This document shows positions 30,947 to 40,568 of a stretch of 53,926 bases of DNA, one piece after another. The stretch comes from Ignavibacteriota bacterium (lineage in GTDB: Bacteria > Bacteroidota > Ignavibacteria > Kapaibacteriales > UBA2268). The notes beneath the pieces were generated by a model that saw only the letters and a program-made list of their open reading frames with translations, made no database searches and was not told where the DNA came from. Position 1 is the stretch's first letter. Each line of letters starts with the position of its first letter. Made by a program: the position numbers and the translations under genes. The stretch is from NCBI GenBank assembly GCA_016219595.1, contig JACRLY010000045.1, positions 21,211-75,136 of the forward strand, given 5' to 3'.

Positions 30947-31969
30947 ATGAAAAAAATATTATTTCTTTTGTTAATAATTATTGCTGTTTCATGTTCTGAT
31001 AATTCAACAAATCAGCCTGTTAACAAGCTGAAAAAAACATATTATCATGCCTACGATTATTCGAGGAATTTTTTCCTTCTCGACACTTCATATTATTCTA
31101 TATTAAATGAATTCTACAAATTGGGGTATTATCCACAATCAGCAGCCTCTTTGCGAATAAAACAAATTGAGGTTTGGGAAACAAATACAGAAGGGAATAG
31201 TACGACCTATGGAATTGCTTTTGCAGACCTGGAATATAAGAAATGTAATCAAGGCGAGAGATATGATGATACACTTCTGAATACACCTGTATTTTCAGGT
31301 GTGGTCGAGGGAGGTCCCTGGAAATTATTAGATTCTTCAAAATATTCAGTTGATTATAATTTAGGAATTATCAGATTAAAAGAATTAAAACCGGACAGGT
31401 ATTATGCTGTATCATACAGAGTAGAAGGAGAATCAAATTCAAATGATGACGATGAATATTATGGGACTATGAAATCATATTACAGCCCGGGAGATACTTT
31501 AATTCTTAAGTTAATTTACAGACCGAATTTAATTCCACCATACAGAACTATCTGGCAAAGACTTCTTAAGAATTATTATACTTTTGATACAGAAGGAATT
31601 GATGTTAATAAAACAAAAGTAAAATTATATTATATCAATCAAAATAATGATACACTCGACGTGTTGGACAGCTTGCCGGATAAACTTGTAACCATATTTG
31701 GAGTTGACAGGACAGATGATTCGACCGGGAACCCCATTCCTGACGGGAATTTCGATTTGAGATTTCCATTTTTTAATAAGTCCGAAGGAATAATAAAACT
31801 GCCGTCAATTCAACCTTTTTATTCGGGTTTAATATCATATCTTCAGAAAATAAACCGTGTTGATTTAGTTGAAAAATATATGTATCCTGAAGTATATGAC
31901 AAAACTTATGGGGAAGCCAAATCAAAAACGGAGAGAGACAGGTATTTGATTGAGATAATAACGGAGTGA
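30947..31969 (+). CDS. Lipoprotein resembling an internal segment of the T9SS translocon SprA
   Basis: Lipobox IAVSC; IKQIEVW, LILKL..PN..P....W..LLKNYY, IFGVDR.....PDGNFD....GIIKLPSIQPF motifs recalled from SprA. Confidence 0.6.
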   Translation: MKKILFLLLIIIAVSCSDNSTNQPVNKLKKTYYHAYDYSRNFFLLDTSYYSILNEFYKLGYYPQSAASLRIKQIEVWETNTEGNSTTYGIAFADLEYKKCNQGERYDDTLLNTPVFSGVVEGGPWKLLDSSKYSVDYNLGIIRLKELKPDRYYAVSYRVEGESNSNDDDEYYGTMKSYYSPGDTLILKLIYRPNLIPPYRTIWQRLLKNYYTFDTEGIDVNKTKVKLYYINQNNDTLDVLDSLPDKLVTIFGVDRTDDSTGNPIPDGNFDLRFPFFNKSEGIIKLPSIQPFYSGLISYLQKINRVDLVEKYMYPEVYDKTYGEAKSKTERDRYLIEIITE

Positions 31970-31973
31970 AAAA

Positions 31974-32585
31974 ATGAATTTAAGTATAATCATAAACAAA
32001 AATTTTAAAATATTTTTAATATTTTTTTTCTTATTTTTTTCTCCTGCTAATTACTTATTCTCCCTGGATGATAAGGAAGAAATATTACCGCTGAAAATTG
32101 GTAATGAGTGGATAGAAAATATTTGCCGCTATAGCAGCTCCGGAAAAGTTAATTGTCACAAAAGGATAACTAAAGTCACAGGGGATACTTTAATTAAAGG
32201 GAAAAAATATTATATTATTGAAGTAAGCGATTCAAACGGTAATGTGCAATCACGGAATTACTATATTAATGAACCTGATGGCTTATATGTTTATATCAAG
32301 AACAAATTGAATATGATATTAAAATATCCTGTTCAAACAGGTGAAATTTTCAGAGGAGTTAATGACACTATTAAAGTTGACAGTATGGATGTGCCGGTTA
32401 TAGTATTTGGAAAGAATTTTAAATGTATTCGATTTAGCGTTGAAAGAAATGATAAAGTATCCTTTAAGATGATTATATACTGTTCGCCCGGTATTGGCAG
32501 AATTTTATACGAAATTTATGAAAGAGAAGATGAGGAATTAAAACTTAAGGAAAAATGGGAATTAATGGATTATAAAATAAAGTAA
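31974..32585 (+). CDS. Exported hypothetical protein
   Basis: N-terminal hydrophobic segment, LPLKIGNEW, GDTLIKGKKYY, PGIG. Confidence 0.7.
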   Translation: MNLSIIINKNFKIFLIFFFLFFSPANYLFSLDDKEEILPLKIGNEWIENICRYSSSGKVNCHKRITKVTGDTLIKGKKYYIIEVSDSNGNVQSRNYYINEPDGLYVYIKNKLNMILKYPVQTGEIFRGVNDTIKVDSMDVPVIVFGKNFKCIRFSVERNDKVSFKMIIYCSPGIGRILYEIYEREDEELKLKEKWELMDYKIK

Positions 32586-32594
32586 CCAAATTTA

Positions 32595-32728
32595 TTAAAT
32601 GCCGAGTTTCTTTTTCAAGTCCTTATGGCTTGTCCAATTCTTACTAGTAAATTTTACATAATTGCAGAATTATAGTCTTCTGCATCTTCTTTTACTTTTT
32701 TCTTCTTATTATTTTTTGTTTTTTTCAT
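32595..32728 (-). pseudogene. Possible frameshifted small antitoxin-like gene
   Basis: MKKTKNNKKKKVKEDAEDYNSAIM*, then shifted frame KFTSKNWTSHKDLKKKLGI*. Confidence 0.3.
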
Positions 32729-32751
32729 TTCAATTCAAAATAATCGTTTTT

Positions 32752-33405
32752 CTACCTCATACTAATATTTGACAATTGCGAATAAACCTCTGAATAGCAT
32801 TTTAACTGGTCTTTCAAACTCAAATTGCTGATATAGTTCATCGCATCGCTGTATATCTTTTCGGTTTGTGTCTTTGAAAGTGTTTTAATATCGAGAGGTT
32901 GTCCGTCAATCTCACGGATAAAGAATTGCCTCGTGATTGCTATTTCCATCAATGCCTGGAAAACATCTTCATTGTAAAATCCGAATTTTTCAGTGATAAG
33001 AGAAAATTGTACATCCGCTATACACCAGAATTTAAGTTTTTCGATTAACCGGGTGCTTCGGTTTTGGTCCTTCGACTCATGCAAATATAAAGCTATTTGA
33101 TTGAGCAGGTATTCTCTTTCTTTTTTGTTCATCATATTATACATTGCTTCAGGAGAAGTCCACTCGTTTTTATAAGTATCGCTCAGTTTGTCTAACTGGA
33201 TTATTGCATACGGACGCAGTTCTTCCAACGATAATATCGCTTTGAAAAGTGATTTGTCGTACTTTTTGTACATATCTGTCAATTGCTTTTTTTCGGGGTT
33301 TTCCTTGTCATCGTTCGTTTTAGTAGACTGGGAATATAAAATGAACACAACGAGAAAAAATCCTGCAATTGTAAGCGGCAGATAATTTAATATATATTTT
33401 TTCAT
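32752..33405 (-). CDS. Hypothetical membrane-anchored helical protein
   Basis: ATG 33405 with GAGG SD, one N-terminal TM helix. Confidence 0.7.
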   Translation of the reverse strand: MKKYILNYLPLTIAGFFLVVFILYSQSTKTNDDKENPEKKQLTDMYKKYDKSLFKAILSLEELRPYAIIQLDKLSDTYKNEWTSPEAMYNMMNKKEREYLLNQIALYLHESKDQNRSTRLIEKLKFWCIADVQFSLITEKFGFYNEDVFQALMEIAITRQFFIREIDGQPLDIKTLSKTQTEKIYSDAMNYISNLSLKDQLKCYSEVYSQLSNISMR

Positions 33406-33537
33406 TTGAACCTCGCAATCATAATAAAGACAATAAATCAGGCTCGAATAAGCACCCCTCCCACACACAGGAGGGGTTGCTATGAGCATGGCAAAAAACG
33501 GCGGCTTTTGAACTCACCGTTAATTAAGAATATATTA

Positions 33538-33554
33538 ACCAATTTTCGTGCCAA
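33538..33554 (-). promoter_or_regulatory. Sigma54-type promoter TTGGCACGAAAATTGGT
   Basis: Perfect -24 TGGCACG, GG-N10 spacing, -12 TTGG instead of TTGC. Confidence 0.55.
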
Positions 33555-33575
33555 GTGAGAAATGAGTATTATTTT

Positions 33576-34445
33576 CTACCTCATAGGTACTGCTATCTTA
33601 TATACATCACCTTTAGATGGCTTGGGCAGCTTCTTATCGAGTATCCAGGGATTGAGTAATTTCACATCTTTGTACGTACTTCCATTGTCAGTTGCCCATT
33701 TCGATAGGTTTGGAATTTCTTCGTTACAATCAATATATTTTACATTGTCAGGTGTGTACTTATCGTTTGCCTCTATCTTGAAACCGTATTTTTCCGGATT
33801 TGACATAATTTCTTTTATTACGACAATACGAAGTATATATCTCGATGTTTCCTCGTTGAGAAACAAATCGAAAAAGTTGTTGCCGTTCTGGAAATCGAGA
33901 TGAGAAGCGACATTAGAGTTGCCCATGTTGTATCCGGCAGCAGACAAAATCCAAGACTTATGCTGTTTGTATCCGTCTTTCAGGTATTCGAGTGCTGCTT
34001 CGGTGCTTTTTTCAGGATGACGCCTTTCGTCAACGTAATCGTCAACTTGTAAATCATAAGCCCGTGCAGTGCCGGGCATGAATTGCCAGAGTCCTACGGC
34101 ACCTTTCGAAGAACGAGACATATACAATGCACTTTCTGCTACTGATAAATATTTCAAATCATCAGGAAGATTTTTCTCTCTTATTGTTTTTTCAAAAATC
34201 GGGAAATATCTCCCGGAGCGCTTTATGTAAAGAATGATCTGTCCCGGCTGCTGTAGTAATAAATAAAATTCACGTTCTGCTCTTTCCTTTACTTCGGGAA
34301 TGTCGAGTGGGATTTTCTCTCCGCAGAATTCAAGATGATTAGGAAGTTTCAGCGATGACAAATAAGAAAATAAATTCTGTGCTTTAAGAACAGAAATTGA
34401 AAATACAAACGATAGTATCGTTAAAGAAATAAAATATTTTTTCAT
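33576..34445 (-). CDS. Lytic murein transglycosylase (SLT/MltD-like)
   Basis: LPDDLKYLSVAES, GAVGLWQFMPGTA, VDERRHPEKST, YNMG, EETSRY. Confidence 0.92.
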   Translation of the reverse strand: MKKYFISLTILSFVFSISVLKAQNLFSYLSSLKLPNHLEFCGEKIPLDIPEVKERAEREFYLLLQQPGQIILYIKRSGRYFPIFEKTIREKNLPDDLKYLSVAESALYMSRSSKGAVGLWQFMPGTARAYDLQVDDYVDERRHPEKSTEAALEYLKDGYKQHKSWILSAAGYNMGNSNVASHLDFQNGNNFFDLFLNEETSRYILRIVVIKEIMSNPEKYGFKIEANDKYTPDNVKYIDCNEEIPNLSKWATDNGSTYKDVKLLNPWILDKKLPKPSKGDVYKIAVPMR

Positions 34446-34468
34446 AACTTTTCTAAATTATTTTTTGA

Positions 34469-34607
34469 ATTATGAATAGCCACGACTTTTAAGTCGTGGT
34501 AATAATTGAAACCATAAATCGGGATTTATCACCTTAAAATAAGTGACTAAAGTCATAATCTATTGTTCATTAGATTCCACTATCTAAAGATAGTGGCTAT
34601 TCATAAT
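34469..34607. mobile_element. MITE/REPIN-like non-autonomous element, 139 bp
   Basis: 15-bp perfect terminal inverted repeats ATTATGAATAGCCAC / GTGGCTATTCATAAT; internal palindromes CCACGACTTTTAAGTCGTGG, TGACTAAAGTCA, CCACTATCTAAAGATAGTGG. Confidence 0.65.
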
Positions 34608-34698
34608 ACATTAAAAAATTAATTTATTTAAAATTCATTTTAAATTTTAAATTGGAAATTAAATTCCGTTATTAATAATCAAATTCAGTTTATAATTA

Positions 34699-35331
34699 TT
34701 ACTTTAAAGAAACATCAACAATCTCATGACAAAGGAGTTTATCCCTTTCGTCATTAGTAGCAATTATTACGCCAGCACCGTAGGATGTCCTGGTTTTGAT
34801 TATTTCATGAACTGACTCCACTCCGGCTGAATCGAGATTGGTCATTGGTTCGTCGAAAATCAGAATTTCACAATCCCTCTGGATTGCAAGAATGTATTTC
34901 ATTCTCTGTTTCATTCCCGATGAAAATGTTCTGATGACATCATCTTTTTTCTTGTGGAGATTAAACATTTCCAGAAGGTCAATGGCTTTCTTATTATCGA
35001 AAGTTGTTCCTGTCAGTCCTGACATAATTTTAATATGCTCGATTGGTGTAAATTCATCGTAAAGATTGAGGTATGGAGCTACATAACCGAGATGTTCGAA
35101 ATAGTTTTCTGTTTTAATGATTGAATCATCAATCTTTAATTCAACATTTCCTTTTGTAGGTTTCAATATACCGCATAATATTTTCAGGAATGTGGTTTTG
35201 CCTGAACCGTTTGGACCTGCTACACCAATGATTTTCCCGTTTGACAAATACAGGTTTATATTAGAAATAATTATTTTATTTCTACTGAATGATTTCGTAA
35301 TATTTTCCGCTTTTAAATTGAAATTTTTCAT
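34699..35331 (-). CDS. ABC transporter ATP-binding protein (CcmA-like)
   Basis: GPNGSGKTT, FSSGMKQR, IFDEPMTNLD. Confidence 0.9.
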   Translation of the reverse strand: MKNFNLKAENITKSFSRNKIIISNINLYLSNGKIIGVAGPNGSGKTTFLKILCGILKPTKGNVELKIDDSIIKTENYFEHLGYVAPYLNLYDEFTPIEHIKIMSGLTGTTFDNKKAIDLLEMFNLHKKKDDVIRTFSSGMKQRMKYILAIQRDCEILIFDEPMTNLDSAGVESVHEIIKTRTSYGAGVIIATNDERDKLLCHEIVDVSLK

Positions 35332-35400
35332 TTAAAAATTCTTTGTTATAGATAATGATATAAACAAATCATTTGGAATATAATTTCACTATCGCATATG

Positions 35401-35425
35401 GATGCCGAAACGAGCTCAGCATGAC
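35401..35425. repeat. REP-like element GATGCCGAAACGAGCTCAGCATGAC
   Basis: Related to 22624..22648. Confidence 0.55.
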
Positions 35426-35498
35426 ATAAAGCAGATAATGATTAAAATAATAATTCTTAAATTGCTAAGTTTCAGAATACAATTTAAATAATATAAGC

Positions 35499-37736
35499 AT
35501 GGCATTAAAATTAGTAAAAGTTACAAACGATATAAATTCAGGATTACTCGATAAATTAAACGAAGCACAGCAGGAGGGTGTTAAAACCATTGACGGACCC
35601 CTGCTGATTATTGCAGGTGCAGGAAGCGGCAAGACCCGCGTCCTGACTCACCGCATAGCCTACCTGATCGAACAGGGAATTAATCCATATAATATACTGG
35701 CACTCACTTTTACAAATAAAGCCGCAAAGGAAATGCTTGAAAGAATTTCGAGAATTGTCCCTCCCGAATCAGCAAATAAAGTCTGGGCGGGAACATTCCA
35801 TTCTATCTTTGCAAGGCTATTGAGGTATGAAGCGAATTCTATAGGATTTACAAGTTCATTCTCAATATACGACACTGAAGATTCATTAAGTGCTGTCAAA
35901 GGTATTATGAATAATCTCGGAGTCAATCAGCAGAAATTTTCACCCCAAAGTATGATAGGTAGGATTTCTTGGGCAAAGAACCAGATGATTGATATCGAAG
36001 CATATTCAAATTCGGCAGAAAGTGAGCTCGAAAAACAAACTTCGGTAATTTATAATGAATACCAAAAGGCATTGCAGTCAAACAATGCTATGGATTTCGA
36101 CGACCTGCTCATTAATATGATTGAAGTGTTAAAACATTCCGATGACATTCTTGATAAATATCAGAACAAATTCAGATACATACTTGTTGATGAGTACCAG
36201 GACACTAACCGTGCTCAATATATAGTAATCAATATGCTGGCAAAAAAGCATAAGAACATCTGTGTCGTGGGTGATGATGCTCAGAGTATATACAGATGGC
36301 GCGGCGCCGACATTCGCAATATTCTGGATTTTCAGAAAGATTATATTGAAGCAAAAGTTGTACGGCTGGAGCAGAATTACCGTTCAACAAAGACTATACT
36401 CGGTGCGGCGGATTCTGTAATTAAATACAACCGCAAACAGCTTTCCAAAACATTGTGGACTGACAATATTGATGGTGAGCCGGTCAAAATTATTGAGTCA
36501 TCGGATGATAAGGAAGAGGCAGAGAGAGTCGTGAGTATTGTTTCTGAAAATTCTAAAAGCGGGAATTTTTCTCATAAAGATTTTGCCATTTTATACAGAA
36601 CCAATGCACAATCGCTTGCGCTCGAGAATGCATTCAAGAAAGTACAGATTCCATATATAATCATTGGTGGTATTTCATTTTACCAGCGAAAAGAAATAAA
36701 GGATGTACTGGCATATCTCAAGCTTTTGGTGAACAGGCAGGATTCAGAATCATTAATCAGAATCATAAATGAGCCGCCGAGAGGCATCGGTCCTACTTCA
36801 TTGAAATATATTAAGGGATTTGCAGAAAAGCACAATATATCGCTTTATGATGCATTTCTCAGGGTGAATGAAAATGAACATCTTCAGCAGAGAGCAAAGG
36901 AATCTGCATCTAAATTCATAGCATTTATCGAAAATTACCGCTCATTAGCAGGTAATTCGGAACCAGGTAAACTCGCAGAGCAATATATTTCCGAAACCGG
37001 GATATTGCAAATGTACAGGGAAATTAACACAGAAGATTCCCTTGACAGGTGGAATAATATACAGCAATTCCTTTCGGATTTTGTCGATTATTTTAACAGA
37101 AATGAAGAAGCACAGTTCGGGGATTACCTGAACCAACTTTCTTTGCTAACTGACTTCGACCAAAAGGATACATCGCAGGAACAGGTTAAGATGATGACAC
37201 TTCATTCTGCTAAAGGTTTGGAATTCCCTGTTGTTATTATTGCAGGTCTGGAACATGGATTGATGCCTTTACTCAGAGCCGACAGCCATTTTGAAGAAGA
37301 AGAGGAAGAAAGACGATTGTTTTACGTCGGAATAACGAGAGCAGAAAAACTACTTTACCTGACTTATGCAAGAAACAGGATGAGATTCGGCTCCTATTCT
37401 ACTTCATCTCCAAGTAAGTTTATAAATGAAATTGACCAAAAGTATCTTGAATATTCTCAAAGGCTGAATAACGTCATCTCATATCAGCCTATTAAAAATG
37501 ACTTTCAAAAACCATTTCCGTCTATTAGTTTTAAACCAAAAAAGGAAATTACATCATCTCAGGATGAATTTATCAATAAATTCAAAACAGGTGACTGGGT
37601 AAATCACTCCCATTTCGGCAAAGGGAAAATCATGGCAATGGTTGGAACGGGTAATAATGCCAAGGCGGTTGTTAATTTCAATTCAGTCGGGAAGAAAGTA
37701 TTAATGCTTCAGTATGCAAAACTTGAGAAAGCCTGA
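35499..37736 (+). CDS. uvrD: ATP-dependent DNA helicase UvrD/PcrA
   Basis: AGAGSGKTRVL, VDEYQDTN, VGDDAQSIY, LEQNYRS, TLHSAKGLEF, YVGITRA, C-terminal Tudor-like domain. Confidence 0.96.
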   Translation: MALKLVKVTNDINSGLLDKLNEAQQEGVKTIDGPLLIIAGAGSGKTRVLTHRIAYLIEQGINPYNILALTFTNKAAKEMLERISRIVPPESANKVWAGTFHSIFARLLRYEANSIGFTSSFSIYDTEDSLSAVKGIMNNLGVNQQKFSPQSMIGRISWAKNQMIDIEAYSNSAESELEKQTSVIYNEYQKALQSNNAMDFDDLLINMIEVLKHSDDILDKYQNKFRYILVDEYQDTNRAQYIVINMLAKKHKNICVVGDDAQSIYRWRGADIRNILDFQKDYIEAKVVRLEQNYRSTKTILGAADSVIKYNRKQLSKTLWTDNIDGEPVKIIESSDDKEEAERVVSIVSENSKSGNFSHKDFAILYRTNAQSLALENAFKKVQIPYIIIGGISFYQRKEIKDVLAYLKLLVNRQDSESLIRIINEPPRGIGPTSLKYIKGFAEKHNISLYDAFLRVNENEHLQQRAKESASKFIAFIENYRSLAGNSEPGKLAEQYISETGILQMYREINTEDSLDRWNNIQQFLSDFVDYFNRNEEAQFGDYLNQLSLLTDFDQKDTSQEQVKMMTLHSAKGLEFPVVIIAGLEHGLMPLLRADSHFEEEEEERRLFYVGITRAEKLLYLTYARNRMRFGSYSTSSPSKFINEIDQKYLEYSQRLNNVISYQPIKNDFQKPFPSISFKPKKEITSSQDEFINKFKTGDWVNHSHFGKGKIMAMVGTGNNAKAVVNFNSVGKKVLMLQYAKLEKA

Positions 37737-37741
37737 TATAA

Positions 37742-38035
37742 TTATTTCCTCCAGGTGATTTCCAATCCAACGGCTACTGCATGTTTGCAGTATTTTTTCT
37801 GATTGAGCCGGCAGGTACATTTCCAGTTTAGGAAATTTTTATTGAGAATGAATTCCACAGTCCTTTTTGTACCTCCACGAACAATTTCAGATACTTACCC
37901 TTCTGAATATGCAGTTATTTCTACATTTTTATTTTCATAAAGCTCTTTGCCCAATCGAAAATTCGAAGAAATTGAACATTCCCTGATAATGGTTTCATCT
38001 AATTTGAAAGATATTGATTCTTTTTCAGATTTCAT
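37742..38035 (-). pseudogene. Decayed SWIM zinc-finger protein gene
   Basis: AAGGA SD + MKSEKESISFKLDETIIRECS..RLGKELYENKNV, frameshift, internal TAA, WKCTCR, second frameshift, YCKHAVAVGL. Confidence 0.55.
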
Positions 38036-38376
38036 TTTTTTATTTCCTTTAGTATTAATTTACATGAAATATTTATATTATATATGATTAATCAAATACA
38101 CTTGTGTAGTTATTAACTAAAAATTATTAATTGTATTAATGTTCTAAATTATTAATTTTTATAATAACTAACAAAATACTTAGTATAATAAAATAAAAAT
38201 TTTAAATACAGAAAATAGATTTATTTACCAATATTATTGAAATATATTGATTGCTATAGATTTCTGTAAAATACTTGTTGTAAATGTGGAAAACTTTTCT
38301 TAAAATGTACAATTCTAATTAAATACTTTTTAGTTCTTTAATTTATTATGGTTTTAATTTTTTGGAGTTTGTTATT

Positions 38377-39505
38377 ATGTCAGATAAGAAAGCAGATTTA
38401 GCTGGTCCGGGTATAAGCACATACCCCGAGGTGGAGAAAATTCTCCCAAATGATTATCAATCGATTTTGAACAAGAAGGACACACAGAAAGCAATCTATG
38501 CAGTGAAAGACTACATAGAAAAGAATTTATGCAAGGAACTGAATCTTTTCATGGTTCAGGTTCCGCTCATCGTAACCAGGGAAAGCGGAGTAAACGACAA
38601 TTTAGACCGTGACGGCTCACGCACACCTGTTGAGTTCCCATGCGGACTTGGAATAAATCCCAGGCTCAATGCACAAGTTGTTCAGGCGGCAACAAAATGG
38701 AAACGCCCGGCTCTGAAGCAATTTGATTGCAAAGTAGGAGAAGGCATTAACACTGATATGCGTGCTGTCCGCAAAGATTATTTCCTCGACCATGACCACA
38801 GCTCTTACGTTGACCAGTGGGATTGGGAAAGAGTGATGACCATGGAACAAAGAAATCTTGCATTCTTGAAAGAGATAGTTACTAAAAATCTGGAAAGTTA
38901 TAACAGGTGCTGAAGATTTTATCCAGGGAATGTTTCCTCAATTAAAAGACCCGAAAGTTCCTAATCTTCCTAAGGAGCTTAAATTTATACATGCAGAAGA
39001 AATCCTCGAAATGTTTCCGGATCTGCCGCGTAAACAGAGGGAAACACAAATTCTTCAAAAGTTCCCTGCTGTGTTTATTATTGGTATAGGCTCAGTTCTT
39101 AAAGACGGCTATCCTCACGAGATGAGAGCAGCCGACTATGATGACTGGGTAACAGATACATCAAAAGAATCAGGTAAAGAAACATTCGGTTTAAACGGCG
39201 ACATCCTCGTTTGGAATCATATAACCAAACGCCGCCATGAGCTTTCATCCATGGGCATCCGTGTCATTAAGGAAACTTTAGTGAAACAGCTTGAAATAGC
39301 AGGTTTGAGCCATTATCTCGAACTGCCTTATCATAAAGCTATAATGAACGATGAGATTCCTTTGAGCGTTGGTGGAGGTATTGGTCAGGGACGTGTTCAG
39401 ATGCTTCTGCTTCGCAAAGCACATCTTGGCGAAGTAACGGTAACAGTTTGGCCCGATGAGCTTAAGAGAATTTGCAAAGAAAAAAATATTCACGTGCTTG
39501 AATAA
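38377..39505 (+). pseudogene. asnA: Aspartate-ammonia ligase split by a 1-bp frameshift (or sequencing error)
   Basis: VVQAATKWKR, HSSYVDQWDWE, RAADYDDW, LNGDIL, ELSSMGIRV, GGGIGQGR; removing one A from A5 at 38884..38888 restores VTKIWKVITGAEDFIQGMFPQ. Confidence 0.88.
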
Positions 39506-39546
39506 AATTTAATATTATAAATTTTATGTTAAGATTAATGAAATTG

Positions 39547-39572
39547 CAGGGACACAAAATTTTGTGTCCCTG
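39547..39572. repeat. Perfect 26-bp palindrome CAGGGACACAAAATTTTGTGTCCCTG (REP-like)
   Basis: 13-bp arms exactly complementary; downstream of asnA. Confidence 0.75.
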
Positions 39573-39681
39573 GAGTTAGGGATTAACCCTTAGTTCATGA
39601 TAATCAGAAATCATGCTGCTTTTTTTAAATAGCAGCTATTTAATTCTATTGATTGTAATTATTCATTCCATCGAGGAAAAA

Positions 39682-40548
39682 ATGAAAATAATCTCTGCTA
39701 TAAATTTTAAAGGTGGTGTCGGTAAAACCACAATAACATGGCTGCTTGCAAAATTCCTTGCCGTTAAAAATCAGAAAAATGTACTTGTTGTCGATATTGA
39801 CTCCCAAATGTGTCTCACACTGGCAGTTCATTTTGATGAGGAAAAAGGAAGATTTAAAAAAGATTTTGAGAGCTGGTATCTTCAACATATTAAAAACAAA
39901 AAGACCTTTTTAGACGCACTCGAATCATTTGAAAAAGGGAAAGGTAATTTCCTCGATTATCCAATCAGCGCCTCGATGATATATAAAATGAGCGAGAAAC
40001 TGCACTTTATTCCATCAACTGACGACATGTACTGGCTTGAATCAGATATCAGCAACAGGGATAGAGTCAAAAGCTTCGTCAAAGTATTTCTCAATAAATT
40101 AGAACACACTACAAACTTCGATTATGACTATGTCTTCTTCGACTGCCCGGCTTATTTCAATGCTCTGACTCATTCAGTTCTTAGTAATTCTGACTTGATA
40201 ATAATACCTGTTAATCCGGATGTGTTTGCCTCTACCGACATTAACGAAATGCTCGAAGGATTAAGCCGCAGGATACAGCCATTGCCGCCGGCAAAAATCG
40301 GTGTTGTCATGAACAAAGCAAAAACGATGAGAGACGTTTACCTCACACCTGAATCCAAAAAATTTCTCAAAGATGCAAAGCAAGCAAAAACCTCAATAGA
40401 ACATCGTGGAATATCAATCGAAGTGTTCGATAGCTGCATCCCTGAAAAAGGGGACATCAAAAAAGCAATGCCAACAGAAAAGTTCCCACAGGAATTTGAA
40501 GAGTGTTTCAGCAGTCTCTGGTCAAAGCTGAAGGGTTTGGTGGAGTAG
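39682..40548 (+). CDS. ParA/Soj-family ATPase (orphan)
   Basis: NFKGGVGKTT, VLVVDIDSQ, FFDCP; no parB nearby. Confidence 0.88.
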   Translation: MKIISAINFKGGVGKTTITWLLAKFLAVKNQKNVLVVDIDSQMCLTLAVHFDEEKGRFKKDFESWYLQHIKNKKTFLDALESFEKGKGNFLDYPISASMIYKMSEKLHFIPSTDDMYWLESDISNRDRVKSFVKVFLNKLEHTTNFDYDYVFFDCPAYFNALTHSVLSNSDLIIIPVNPDVFASTDINEMLEGLSRRIQPLPPAKIGVVMNKAKTMRDVYLTPESKKFLKDAKQAKTSIEHRGISIEVFDSCIPEKGDIKKAMPTEKFPQEFEECFSSLWSKLKGLVE

Positions 40549-40568
40549 TGAATGAGTATATATTACCT

